Notes under the pieces: model-generated | Databases searched by the model: none | What the model saw: only the letters and a program-made list of their open reading frames with translations | Told to the model about the DNA's origin: nothing | Part shown: positions 36,154 to 48,465 of the stretch, in pieces | Layout: every line of letters begins with the position of its first letter | How positions within the stretch are numbered: position 1 is the stretch's first letter | Assembly: GCA_011109175.1 (NCBI GenBank) | Contig: RDEW01000003.1 | Location: 124,001 to 188,000 of the forward strand | Length of the DNA: 64,000 bases | Origin: Dicyema japonicum | Taxonomy: Eukaryota; Animalia; Dicyemida | Direction of reading: 5' to 3' | Translations under genes and position numbers: made by a program

Positions 36154-37223
36154 TCATTTCAGTCTCCACGTAATATCAACATCATCCGTTCGATATCTAC
36201 AATTAAGTCAAATTTACCTCTGTTTGATGAATGTCTCTGATAATTCAGTTTCCCCCGACGACAAATATTGCATTATTCCAGCTCGAGCAATCATGGCTCC
36301 ATTATCAATACAAAATGACTCGTCTGTGGCAAATAACTCAGCCCCCCTTTCCTGAGCCATAATATTGAGCATTTCATGGAGCCTTTCATTGCATCCAACA
36401 CCTCCACAGACAAGAACCTGGTTTGAATTACAGTTGGTCATGGCTCTCTCCGTTATTTCGACGAGCATTGCAAACACACACTCTTGCAGAGAAAAGCATA
36501 AATCTGCCACGGAATATTCCTCAAGATATGAATCCACCTTCGCCTCCAAATGAGAGAGAAGTCCAGAGAAGGAGACGTCCATTCCCTTCACACAGTAGGG
36601 CAACAATATAAAGGATTCCCCACTAAAATTAAACCCCCAAGCTAAACTTTTTTGCCAGCTGTTCAATGTTGTATCCAGGACTGGGGTCGTTTGAGATCAA
36701 AATAACAAAAATTGCTACCTTTACTATTCTAGCAAACCTATCCAGACAGTTTCCAACGGCAATATCAATCGTCTCCCCAAAAATGTGGTACCGTCCCTCT
36801 CTGTAGGCTATAACCTGAGTGTTCCCCCCAGAAACGTAAAGAATCGTGGGATTGTCCGCACCTGTGACCATTCGTGCCATCTCTATGTGGCCAATACAGT
36901 GATTGACTGCAATAATGGGGACATTCCATAATTGGGCCAAAGTCCTACTCACAACAGCCACAAGGGAGAGAGGAGCCCCCATCCCTGGACCTCGAGTGAA
37001 ACAGATTATGTCGACGTCTTTTGAGTTATGTTTGGCCTCATTCATAGCTTCTTCCAAAAGCGATAAAATTTGACCTTGTGATGTGTTGCCACTATTCGTG
37101 GTTGAAATCCTTCACCGACTGGAGCACAGTAAGTTCTCCGTGGATTAGCTAAAACCACGTTATCTCTGAGTATGCCATTCCAAGTTTGTTGCGCTTCCTT
37201 CGAATCCAATTGCAAACCACCAT
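36154..37223 (-). CDS. OSGEP: tRNA N6-threonylcarbamoyltransferase (KEOPS Kae1); several apparent 1-bp deletions in exon 1
   Basis: [63 protein letters not shown] and IDNGAMIA. Confidence 0.95.
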
Positions 37224-37329
37224 CGAGAATTTTTTTTTTAAATTTATTTATTATTAAAATATTGTCTTTATTTTAAAAATTATTTTTGTTTGAAATTTTT
37301 CTGTTATTATTATTAAGGCACTTTCACGA

Positions 37330-40300
37330 AAGCCATAATGTTTATCACCCCGCATGTGCAACACTCTTAGAAACAATATTTAGCGTTAATCTCTTCCATC
37401 CTTTTCTGTCGAATGCTAGTGATCTCAATTCGTCCGGTCGTCCCCGTCTTTAGATTTTTTCTCACACGATTTAGATCTTCGTTTAATGCAATCGGAAGTG
37501 TCGATCTAGGTCATCCGCGAAGGGTTTGTCGCAACTGTCAAAATAATCTTCCATCGCTTTGTTAGCGGTGCGTCCGGGTTTATTCTTAATACATGTCCAA
37601 TAGCCTCCACCGGGGATCTATCACATCCTTGCTGATACGAACACTACAATTGTTATAAATACCACTGGTTGATCTTCTACGTGGCTACTCGATTTTGAGT
37701 AAGCTTCTTAGTTGCCTTCTGTGGAACGAATCCAGTTTCAATAGTTCGTTGAAAGACTTCCCAGGTCCCAGCGTTGTACATTAGGATCGGTTTCACAAAG
37801 GCGTTGTAAAGCCTGCATCTGATGTTAATTCAAAGTCCTTTGGCTCTTAGCCATCCTTTCCTCACTTTAGCCCAGAGGTTGTCAAACGGTGTGCCCGCGG
37901 CACACTTAGTGTGCCGCGAGACAATTTCTAGTGTGCCGCCTGCCAAATACAAATTTGAATAAATTTATATACATTTTTTGACCTAATTAATTTAAAAAGA
38001 TAAATAAATTAAAATAATCATTTTTTTTATTATATATTAAATGACATTTACATTGGTTAACCATTATTTAATAATTTTTTAATAACGTGCGCATCAACGT
38101 GGTTATGGGTAAATCAGTTGTCGTTATTATAAAGATTCTTATTTGTCATTTGGATTTATATGCAAAGATAAAAATAAACTACCTCAATGTCTAATTTGTA
38201 TGGATTTTTGGCAAATGATGCTATGGTTCCTAGCAAACTAAAGAGACATTTTACTTCCAAGCATCCGGATTATTCCGAAAAATCTGTGGATTATTTTATC
38301 CATTTGAAAAAACAACACAAGTATTATTTAGTTTTTACTATGAATCGTAGATCTAGTCAAATGATGTTCAGTGAAATTTTTGTAAACACAAAGGAATCAT
38401 TGAAATGTTCATACCTGATCTCAGAATTGATAGCAAAACAACTAAAACCTCACACTATTGGCGAAAACTTGATAATCCCTGCTTGTCGTATTATTGCTCG
38501 GACAATGTTTGGTCATAAATATGAACAAAAAATAATGAAGATACCTTTGTCAGATAACACTGTTTCTCGTCGGATTTGTGCTTTGTTGGAGAATATTGCA
38601 AGTATGCAAGGAGGTTCTGAGACTATTTTATCGTTGACGGACAAATTAAATTCTTTGAAAATGAAAATCAGTTTTGGAGAAAAAGGGTTTTAGATGGCGA
38701 TTATACTATGTTTCCTAATACGAATGGTTTATTTTATATTTTAATTATAATAAGGATATAATGGTGAATCGATACAGGGACTGATTAATGAATATTTAAT
38801 AATTTTGGAAAACAAAATGGATGCTTATTTTCCAGACTTAGAAATTGAAAAATTCGATTGGGTTATTATTTTTTAAATATTTTTTAGATACGAAATCCTT
38901 TTCTTGTGTCAGAATCAAAACACTTATCTGTTAAAGAAAATGAAGAACTTATTGCACACTGTTTAATGATCGATCTTTAAAATTAATGATGACGGAGTTA
39001 GACATTGGAGAATTCTGGATATATATTCGAAACATATATCCCAGTTTATCAAAACAAGCACTGACCATAATTTTACAGTTCTCAACGACCTATTTATGCG
39101 AAACAGGTTTTTTCTACGCTGCATAATATGAAATATAACAAACGTGAAAGTTTGAAACATTGATGCTGAAATGCGGGTGGCTTTGTCAACCATTCGACCT
39201 GATATTGATGTTATTCGACCTGATAAAAACAATAATAATTAAGATTTTATTTTTATTATTAATAAAAATTTGGGGATTAAATTCTCAATTTTTGTACTTA
39301 GTTTTACACATCTTAAAAATTTAATTTTTTTAATGTGTGCCGTGGATTATTTTTTTACAATTAGTGTGCCGCGGGAATTATTTTTTGAAAAGCTCTGCTT
39401 AGCCATTGTCGCATTTGCCAGTGTTTTCCTTCTTAGTATATCTTCAGCGTCTCCTAGTAGAGAGCCGAGCTTATTAGTACATCTCCATCTTCCATGAGTA
39501 ATATCATCTTCTCTTTTGATTTCAGTTTTGTTTACATTTACGCTGAGAAACCATTTCTCAAGCTCCGCAGGTGCATTTTCTAGTAGGTGTTGGAGTGCGG
39601 TCGCGTCCCGTGATACGAAATTCTTCTATGTCTCCTATATAGAATTTACGGAGATCGCGGAATACAGATTCAAGGTATATGGTTAATAGTAAAGGGGAGA
39701 AGGAATCACCCTGGGGTGTCCCAATCGTTGTTTTGAAAGTGTGGGAAGTTGCTCCTTCTGTCCTCACAGATAGTCTTCTGTTTGCAAGTAGTAGTCTAAT
39801 TATCCTAACCGACGATTCATCCAATATTTGCTCAAACACATTCATCAGTTCCTGTCTGTTTATTGAGTCAAAAGCTCTGGAGAGATCTATTCCCAACACG
39901 GTCGTTGCGCTCTTGAATCTTTGGTGCGTTGCACAGCACCATCTATGGCTCCATACTATGTCCGTCGTACACCCCTTCTCGGAACCAACTTTGACTTGAT
40001 GTTAAGTATAGATCGCCACACCCTTTATCCGGCTTAGTGCAATGTTTGCCAGAACCTTGCGTATCCGAGTTCAAAGTATATCGGGCGGAGATTTTCTACT
40101 GGTCATTTTGCTTTGTTCGGTTTTTGTATGAGTATTAATAATCATTTTCAAGTCCTGAATCGGTATTAGTTTCAAAGATGTCATTTAGGGTTTTTGCAAT
40201 TGTTCTAAGTTTTTTTGGCCCATATTTTAAGCTCAGGCTTATGTTGTCTGGCCCAGCACTCTTGTTTTCTTCATTTATTTAGCTAATTCACTCTTCTACT

Positions 40301-41530
40301 GTGATTGGATTTTTAGCGCCTGTTCTTCCTTGGAAAGGGGGAAATTCCTCATTTCTTATTCAACATTTCAAAATGACGTGCAATTAATTCGGCTTTTTAT
40401 TCTGGGTTACCTACGAATTTTCCATTTTTGTCTTTGATGTGAAAGGTGTTTTGTCCTTTCTTTGTCCGCAGCAGCCGCAAAGCCGCATACATCTTGAATT
40501 GTCTTTTAGGCATTCCACATCTTTTATAGGTATGTAATAATTTTTCGTGAATGTTGTCTGTTCATCTTTTTGATTTTTATTTTAATTCTTTGTTGGATTT
40601 TAAGCTCTTTTTTTACTCTCGTCTGACTTGTTTGCCGCTTTTAGCCTTAGCTCTCTGCAATGCTTTGCCATATCTGGCACGTTCGGGTGGTGATTTAATT
40701 TTAGAGCGTAATGATTTCGAACTCCAAAACATATATCAGCCGACTTGGAGATTACCTGCTTTGTTTGATTCCACAGAGTTCGTACTGATGATTCCGGTAC
40801 GGTTTTCTTCATGAGAGTCTCTATTTGTTCGTGAATTTAGCACTACAGGTGGGCTCTAACCACAATTTTTCTGTCTGAAAGTATATATCGGGTCTTTGTC
40901 TCGCCTTGTTCGCGTTTTCAATATATTTGTTCTCAGTCAAGTGCTTTTTTACAGAAAGTTCTGCAATAACGATCCTATGGTCGCTGTCAGTTGTTGTCCC
41001 CTGGTAGGAACGTGCATCATTTATCAGGTGTTTATCAGACTTTCGGCAGATAATGTAGTCGATTTGATTTTATATATTCTCTCCGACAGAGTCATGTCGT
41101 CTTGTGGCGACCTGAGTGCGTGAAGGCCGTGTTGCACAGGAATAGGCTATTTGCCTCGCAGAAGTTCCCAGAGAGGCTCCAGATGCATTTCTCCTTCCGC
41201 GCCCGTGTCTTCTAATAGAGGATTCTTCGGGTCCTATTCGCATTCCGGCCTTTGCGTTCATATCTCCCACAACAAAGACAAGGGACGAGGACGAATTATT
41301 TTCTGTTATGAGAGTTATTTATGCATGAAAACTGCACTTCGGCTTTACCGCTTTGCTTTTTCTAGCCTCAAGACAACCACAAGAGGGGCTCTTCATCTCT
41401 TTTTCTGGTCCACCTTAGAGTTCTGCGTTGCACCAAATAGACCTGACAGATGTCTGGGCGTTAGCTCTGGTAGTTACTTTCCTCTTAACCTCCAGTATCT
41501 TTCACTTGAAAGGACTGGGGGTAAATAAAT
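37330..41530 (-). mobile_element. Degenerate RTE-clade LINE (APE-RT) interrupted by a hAT
   Basis: MGDMNAKAG..GRGRRNASG, NQIDYII, TDSDHRIV (APE); IDLSRAFDSI, GTPQGDSFSP (RT); RLYNAFVKPILMYNAGTW and GHVLR (C-terminus). Confidence 0.85.
37873..39396 (+). mobile_element. Internally deleted Buster/Charlie hAT (ZBED5/SCAND3-like transposase remnant)
   Basis: Imperfect TIRs cagaggttgtcaaa / tttgaaagctctg, subterminal tgtgccgcg repeats and TSD ctttagcc / cttagcc; LANDAMVPSKLKRHF, KPHTIGENLI and PLSDNTVSRRI motifs. Confidence 0.9.
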
Positions 41531-43659
41531 GAAAACAGCACTTTCACGAGACCCTTAATACTTATAGCTCGCCGTGGGCAGGACGTACACTTTATTTTAG
41601 AGTGAAGAACAGCCATGCTAACCAATCGTTAAAGAGAGCCGAGGTATGTTCTTTTTTTCTCTTGGTTTCGTGTGAGTCCCAGTTGACAATCCGATTCCGA
41701 AGTGGGGTATTCACCGATGGGGGCATCAATCGTCATGCCAAGAAGCATTGTATGTGTGGACCTTTAGTCGGAATGGACAGGAACGAAATTCGAATGGGAA
41801 ACAGTTCTTATGCGTGAATCAGTGTGAGGTAGCTTTGGTTAGCATTTCTTAATATAACAACTGTTTCTGAGCTAGTTTCCCCCCACTGGCTATTTGATCA
41901 AAGATTTTCTCTTTCCCTTTCTGTTCCTTATTTCTTTCGTTCCGTTTAATAGCATCATGGATCCACCTGTCTCAGGTGATGCCCAGTGGCATGATGCCAC
42001 GAGAAAGGATAATTTGTTTTCCCCCGCTCCATAGGTATCTGTGACAAATTGTTCCGGGGTGTTATCAACCTCATTATAGTGAGGAATGTCAGTGAAATGA
42101 CAAACAAGACACCTTTCCTAAAAATCGGGACGGGGTTTAAGTGGGATCTTAATATTTTGACGAACCACATTTTATTAAAAAAACCCAAAAAATTAAAACA
42201 AGTTAGTTCACTAATTTACCCGTTGAGTCACTTACAGTAACACAATTATTACCTTCGGAAAGAGTCATATTGAAATCTAAAAGATATAATTAAGTTATGG
42301 CTGTGACATTGATGCTTCTTAACCTTTCTTTAGAATAACAAAAAAAACACCTTCGATAATTCGAATCATTTTTTCTAGGCATTAAACTGATGGAATACCC
42401 AATTCTAGATTAATTTGCGATTTGTTAAAATTGTCCCTTCCAAAAATCAGTGAGAAGCATGTACCCAACAAGATCAGTTTGATGAACATTTTACTGAACC
42501 TGATGGAGTCTATTTATATTAGAAAATTAGCATAATACACAGAAACGATTTTTGAAAAAAAACTCTTATGACTTTTCCAACTCCTTTGCTCATTCAATAA
42601 GGAATTCTCACGACTAGGCGTTATTCTATACCCTGGTTCTAGGTAGTTATGCAAAAACCATTAAGAAATGACCCACGATAAACACTGTATACCCGATAAG
42701 AATGCCCACGTTTTAACAAAAATCTGAAACATTTGTTTACGAACATGAAATAGAGAAACGTCTAAATAATGAAACCCCTGTGGATTTTGCTTAGTTATGA
42801 TTGGTAGAGGAGGTTGTACTTGGATAGGAAACTATTTGCCAAAACCAGGAAACATGACAAATCTATGAATATAATTCACGAGGGCGTATATGTATAATTT
42901 TATTTATTAACTTTGGGAACCACAAGAAGAAAGACAAGAGTTGTCATCTAACACGTAATCCCTGTCTTCATGTCTAGTTTTCTCATACGGTTTGCGTGGA
43001 ATCCTGGATTAACCCCCATAGAGGTAAAGGTCTTTTCTCACTTATTTGACAGGCTTCTAATCTGACTTCCGGTTTAACCTCTCGTATGGTTGACCATGCA
43101 CATTGATCTATGTCTAGTTCACAGTCAAGTCCAGAACCCGTGAGCAACTAGGACCTCTATTATTTTCCTTGAGAATCAACTCCCCCGCCTCCTTAATAGG
43201 AGTATTGCTTAATGTCTGAGATCTATGCGATGTCAATGTTAGAGGAGACTGAGAAACTGTGATGACCAAGGTCAATTCCATCTTCTCCCCCTTCTCAAAA
43301 CCCGAACTAGAGTCAAATCCTTTCAAATTTGAGATCATAAACATGACTTTTCGCGATATCTACCAACGATATCTGTTTTTCCCTGGAATATCAACAATGG
43401 GCAAGACACTATTTGCTGACTCCGCTCTATTCCACTCAAAAATCTCAACTTTCCTACCAACAAAGAATAACTCAGCACTGTTTTTTTTACGCACAATCTC
43501 ACTCTTCTTGATACCCATACTTTTTCCTATGGGACTTTCACCTTACTCAGCGCATTTTTTTCTCGCTACGGACAACCCCGTTTTAAAAAGATGAACCTCT
43601 TGATGGTTGATGTTAAAAAATTTGCCAAAAATTTTGACACATTGGGAATTTCTGAATGG

Positions 43660-43800
43660 AAAAAAGAAATGTGCTTAATTTGTGGTGGAGAGCACAATAT
43701 GAACTCTCGCTTGGTTAAAGACAGTGAAAGGACATGTATTAATTGCGGGACGGTTGATCATTTTGCGTGTTACGGTGGTTTCTCTTCAACGAAGGCTGCT
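43660..43800 (+). mobile_element. Gag/ORF1-like zinc-knuckle remnant
   Basis: CLICGGEH... and CINCGTVDHFAC tandem CCHC-like motifs. Confidence 0.5.
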
Positions 43801-43919
43801 CTGGAGACAGAAACACGAAAGACATAAATAAGATGGTGTTTCTACCTGTTAAGTGAGTCAAAGCTGACGTTGATCAAAGTTCCAGTTTTTTTTGGAGAGC
43901 ACGTGCCAGCACACGTGGC

Positions 43920-44227
43920 AATCAAGCTCCAGCTTCGGATACACTGAGAAAGTAAAGTAAATAACTAGTTATCCAGTTTCCACTTCTACAGAAACAGAGT
44001 CCATCCGGAATAAGCATAAAAAAGACGTCCATAATTGCAGTTGTGGAAACCTCTCCAGTGGAGTGGGGGAGAGCAAATGATTTTTTTTCGTGCCAGCCAA
44101 ACACTGGGCGTCACTTAGACAGGTGGATCACATGACGCTATTCTAATAGAAAAAGAAAGAGAGGAACAGATAAACGAACAGAAAGCTTCAACCAATTAGC
44201 TACGCAGCACCACATGGGGCCACGGGA
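43920..44227 (-). mobile_element. Family A' short retroposon; near copy at 45225-45541, related pieces at 41880-42040(+) and 62270-62590(+)
   Basis: Hairpin head ..gtggccccatgtggtgctgcgtagc; shared ccagtttccacttctacagaaacagagtccatc block. Confidence 0.8.
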
Positions 44228-45224
44228 GATACGTCTCGATTGCATTCCCAATTTCATTGATTGCTCCTTTACCTATTTTTCTAACCGCTCCAGAAGTTTA
44301 GAAGGTGATTAATATGAAGCGATCCCCAAGGGCTGAGTATTTCTTCAATTTCTTTGTTCAGCAGAATCGGCATTTGAGTAGATTCGTAATACTTTTTCTC
44401 AATCATTTTACATGTATCTGCCTCATGGGTCCACTACCATTCTTGAAGTTGCCAAAATTATTTATTTTCACTTATTCCAATCACATTCCTAATCTCTGGA
44501 GCGGTTAAGAGAATGGATTAAGGAGTCGTCAACAAAATTGGGAGTGCTATTTCGGCACAACTAAGAGACACTTGCGAAGGTAGATGACTTTCACACTACC
44601 GTGGTAAGGTCATCGTCCGTGTTATAATTTTCATGATGATAAAAATCGCGTCTTTTCTCATGAACATGGACAAAGTAACGAACTCAAGAAACATCGGAAA
44701 TTCCAAGTTAACAAAGGTATCAGATGAGCGAGGACCCAGATTCGAATGTACTCCCAACATTTACCAACTTTGAAGAACAAAATTCTAGTAACCTCAAAAT
44801 GCTCCGTTAACAGAGATTTCATTAATATGGCGGCTAAGCATAATAATTAGCCATTGATGTAATGAGTGACAAATTCTGACGCTATTGAGGTGACGCAGTA
44901 GAACAGTGGCTCTTAACGGGGGCGCAGCGCTGGAACATAATAGGGGGCGCTGGAATTTTAATTTTTTAGTACGAGGTTTTCCATCCTAAGAAACTTGATG
45001 CAGATGTTAATTAGTTTTTCGTTTGACATATAATTATGAAAACTGTCTTATGATTAATCAAATATTTAGAAAATTCGAAGATGCTTGAAAAAACCTATTA
45101 GCATCATACAAAATATCGCAATTGATAGTAAAATCAAGAAAACCTCATACTATTGAAGAGTCCTTAATATAACTGTCAAAGAAATATTTGATTTAATGGT
45201 TGATTGTGATCAAATAAGTTAATT

Positions 45225-45541
45225 ATTATTATTTATTAACCCCGGATACACCGAGAAAGAAGTTAAAGTAACCAACTAATTAAGTGTATCCAGTTTCCAC
45301 TTCTACAGAAACAGAGTCCATCAGCATAAAGGGTAAGACGTCCATTACATGCAGTTGTGGAAACCCCTCCAGTGGAGTGGGCAAGAGTAAATGATCCTTT
45401 TTTATGCCTGCCTGGCACTGGGCGTTACCTAGACAAGTGGATCACATGACGCCACTCTATTAGGAAGAGAGAGGAGGAACAGACAAGCGAACAGAAAAAT
45501 TAAATCAATTAACCACGCAGCACCAGATGGCGCCACGCGGC
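45225..45541 (-). mobile_element. Family A' short retroposon inserted in the hAT
   Basis: Head GCCGCGTGGCGCCATCTGGTGCTGCGTGGT; 3' end ttaattagttgg...ccggggttaataaataat. Confidence 0.85.
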
Positions 45542-45555
45542 AAAATAGAAATGAC

Positions 45556-45737
45556 CCTCTGAGCAATAGTTCTGTCTCCTCCAGAATTGATAAGTTAATT
45601 AATTCCTCTGAGCAATAGTTCTGTCTCCTCCAGAATTGATAAGTTAATTAATTCCTCTGAGCAATAGTTCTGTCTCTCCAGAATTGATAAGTTAATTAAT
45701 TCCTCTGAGCAATAGTTCTGTCTCCTCCAGAATTGAT
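45556..45737. repeat. 49-bp tandem array, ~3.7 copies
   Basis: Unit cctctgagcaatagttctgtctcctccagaattgataagttaattaatt starts at 45556, 45605, 45654 and 45702. Confidence 0.95.
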
Positions 45738-47419
45738 GAAATGCAAAAAAATTTAAGAAAATTAAATTTTATTAACTAATTTTAATGTGAGAATTAAATC
45801 TGCTTTCCTTCTTCTATTCCTTCAGAACAGGGACTCAGTTTGATGACGGCGTACGTAAGAGTTGCATAAGATCTTCATCAGTTAATTGGTTGCGAAATTT
45901 GGTTTTGATCCGTGTGATTCTGTTGAACAGAGCTTCACAAACATACGTTGATCCAAATACAGACGCATTTTTATGCGCATTCGTAACCAAGTTGAGTATA
46001 TTTCTTGAGAGTTTTAAAATTGAAATTCTACTCCAAAATTGTAATAGTTGACTTTTCTTAAATATTGTGGTGAGCTCCATATCCGACTGCATTTCAATGA
46101 GCTCCATTTGAAATTCGTCTGGAGCGGTTGCAGGATCTATTCTTATAGGAGTAGAAAATAATTTCATCATTGGAAGGGCACCCTTGAAATTATTAAAAAT
46201 TCTATCAGATTCTTCAACTAGATCGCGAATAACTTGAGTATATTTCTTGAGTATATCTAACACGTTTTTCACGCATCACAAAAAATATTAATGATATTAA
46301 TTTATTAAAATTAATGCAAAAATATTCAATATAAAAACAATAGTTAAAATGTAATATTTTTTTAATTTTAAGCGGGTCACACCTGAGTAACAGCGGGCCG
46401 CTTTTGTAACCACTTGTTATGATAAACAAATTTTTCAATTCAGATTGATGAGTCAACATGTACTGATAGTATTGCATTATTTTTTTAATTTACGTACGTT
46501 ATGTCAATCAAAGTGGTATAATTCATGAATAATTTTTATTTTCTGAACACCTTTAACTCAACACAAAAGGCTTGACAATTTTTTAAAATTAAATCTTAAG
46601 GGAATTTTGATGCTTCAAAATTGTATCAAAAGGGGGCGCTGACTTAAAAAAGGTTAAGAACCGCTGCAGTAGAACGAGAAGTTCTATGAGCCAAAGACCC
46701 CACGCACGTACAAAAATGTAATTCAAATAAGGCCATGCTAGATTCAAACGCTTATTTCAACTTTTAATAACTCTGGATATACCACGGAAATAGGTTATAC
46801 CCAGTTCATCGATCGGATTGGGACTTATCTTTCCTAGCATCACGTTTCTCCAAAATACCCCCCATGATTAAAACCTTCCACTGGAGTAGAGAAGAAGAGG
46901 ATCCATTTCGGATGCCAGGATCTCGTTAATTGAGTGAATCCAATGACCCCTCTAGGAATTGAAGAAGGCAAAGACCATAAAGGAAATCCTTCGATCAAGT
47001 AGGCGGCGTTGTGGAATCGAAGCCACAGCTAAATTCGACGCAAGCGACACCACTAATCACTCACTACGTTATCTAGTTTATATCAACCTACATTATGAAT
47101 CGATGTAAAAATACTACTAACCACATGAATTTTCCAAAAAGTCTAACTAACATCAATAGGAGAAACAATATTCTATTTAAAGATAATGTTAGTGAAGCAT
47201 CAAATTTTATCGATTAGTGTAAAATGCGCTAATAATTAAATCTACGTCAAAACCTACCAACAATCACTAAAGTACGTGACACAATAACAGATTAATGAAC
47301 AAATAATATTAAATTATAATAAACATTTTTAATTTCAACATTTTATTTATTGTAAATTAAAAACATTAAAGAAGCTTATTATTATATTATTTTACTTTTA
47401 AATTAATTCTACAATTAGG

Positions 47420-48465
47420 ATGGAGGTTTGTTTTCATGTAATCTTAATAGGTAAACTACGACGAATCTAATGAGACTAGATGTCGCGTATCACCCGGTCC
47501 GGAACTCACAAAGGTCAAAGAAAAGGACAAATTTTATCTGATAAGCTTCGATCTCCTCCCAGAATGGCTGAAGGACAATGAATATATCCTCAATCATCAC
47601 CGTCCCCCTTTATATTCTCACATTGCTTGTTTTTTCTCCTGTTTTCGAATGCATACAGAAACCTTCAATATTTGGACTCACTTCATTGGTTCGCTGAAAT
47701 GAACAATTTTAGGATTCTTGATTGTCGTCTCGATGTTCATCGACCTCCTTATTTCCGGTTTTGACCATTTTGAACACTTTGAATTGACTGACTACTGTGC
47801 CTATCTGATCTTCCTCTTAAGTGCTTCATCCTGTCTTCTTTTCTCCACTACCTTCCACACGATGATGTGCCATTCCGAGGGATTGTACAAAATCTACAAC
47901 CGGTCCTTAATTTCTTTTATAGAAGGATCGACTACTGTGGGATCTCGATTCTAATAGTCGGCTCTTTCGTCCCCAAATTGTTTTATTACTACTATTCCTC
48001 TCATCCCCTACTTTTCATGTGTTACAGCACCCTGATAATAACATTTGGAGTCATTTCCACTTCTGTTTCTATGCTCCCCTTCTTTTCGAAACCGAAATAT
48101 AGACCAATTCGGGCAGGTAAAGAGAACTTGTAATTTCAGGTCTTTTCGTGTTCTTTGGGCTTTTTGGAATATTCCCCATTATTCACTACATCCAGATAAA
48201 CGGGATTTGGTTCTCGTTTATGAAGAGTTCATTGGGATGGGTTATCATAGAGGGTCTCTTCTACATAGTCGGCGCCGTCATTTACGCGTTAAGGATCCCA
48301 GAGAAACTATTTCCTGGAAAATTTGATATTTATGTTGAGTTTGAGTTTTACTGGTAGTGCCACAGTCATCAGATTTTCCACATAATGGTCGTCGGGGGGA
48401 TTCTTTGTCATTATTATTCACTCAATAAAATAACACGTCACATCTACAACGATAGGATTCGGTAA
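47420..48465 (+). CDS. PAQR family membrane protein (adiponectin receptor-like); 6 exons
   Basis: LPEWLKDNEYI..HRPP, FRMHTETFNIWTH, IDYCGIS, RIPEKLFPGKFDIYCHSHQIFH; introns 47426-47450, 47689-47712 and others. Confidence 0.9.

Larger units (their letters stand above)
44904..46666 (+). mobile_element. Composite Buster/Charlie hAT with nested insertions
   Basis: TIRs cagtggctcttaac / gttaagaaccgctg; perfect 8-bp TSD cagtagaa at 44896-44903 and 46667-46674; transposase remnants on + (KKPHTIEE, PLSNSSVSSRIDEM) and a SPIN-like piece on - (45835-46272, VFGSTYVCEALF). Confidence 0.9.

Noticed and set aside
45519-45535. CTCF-like motif GCACCAGATGGCGCCA
   Set aside because: It is the reverse complement of the retroposon hairpin and varies among copies; no independent support.
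45556-45737. CRISPR-like 49-bp repeats
   Set aside because: No spacers; the unit is hAT transposase coding sequence.
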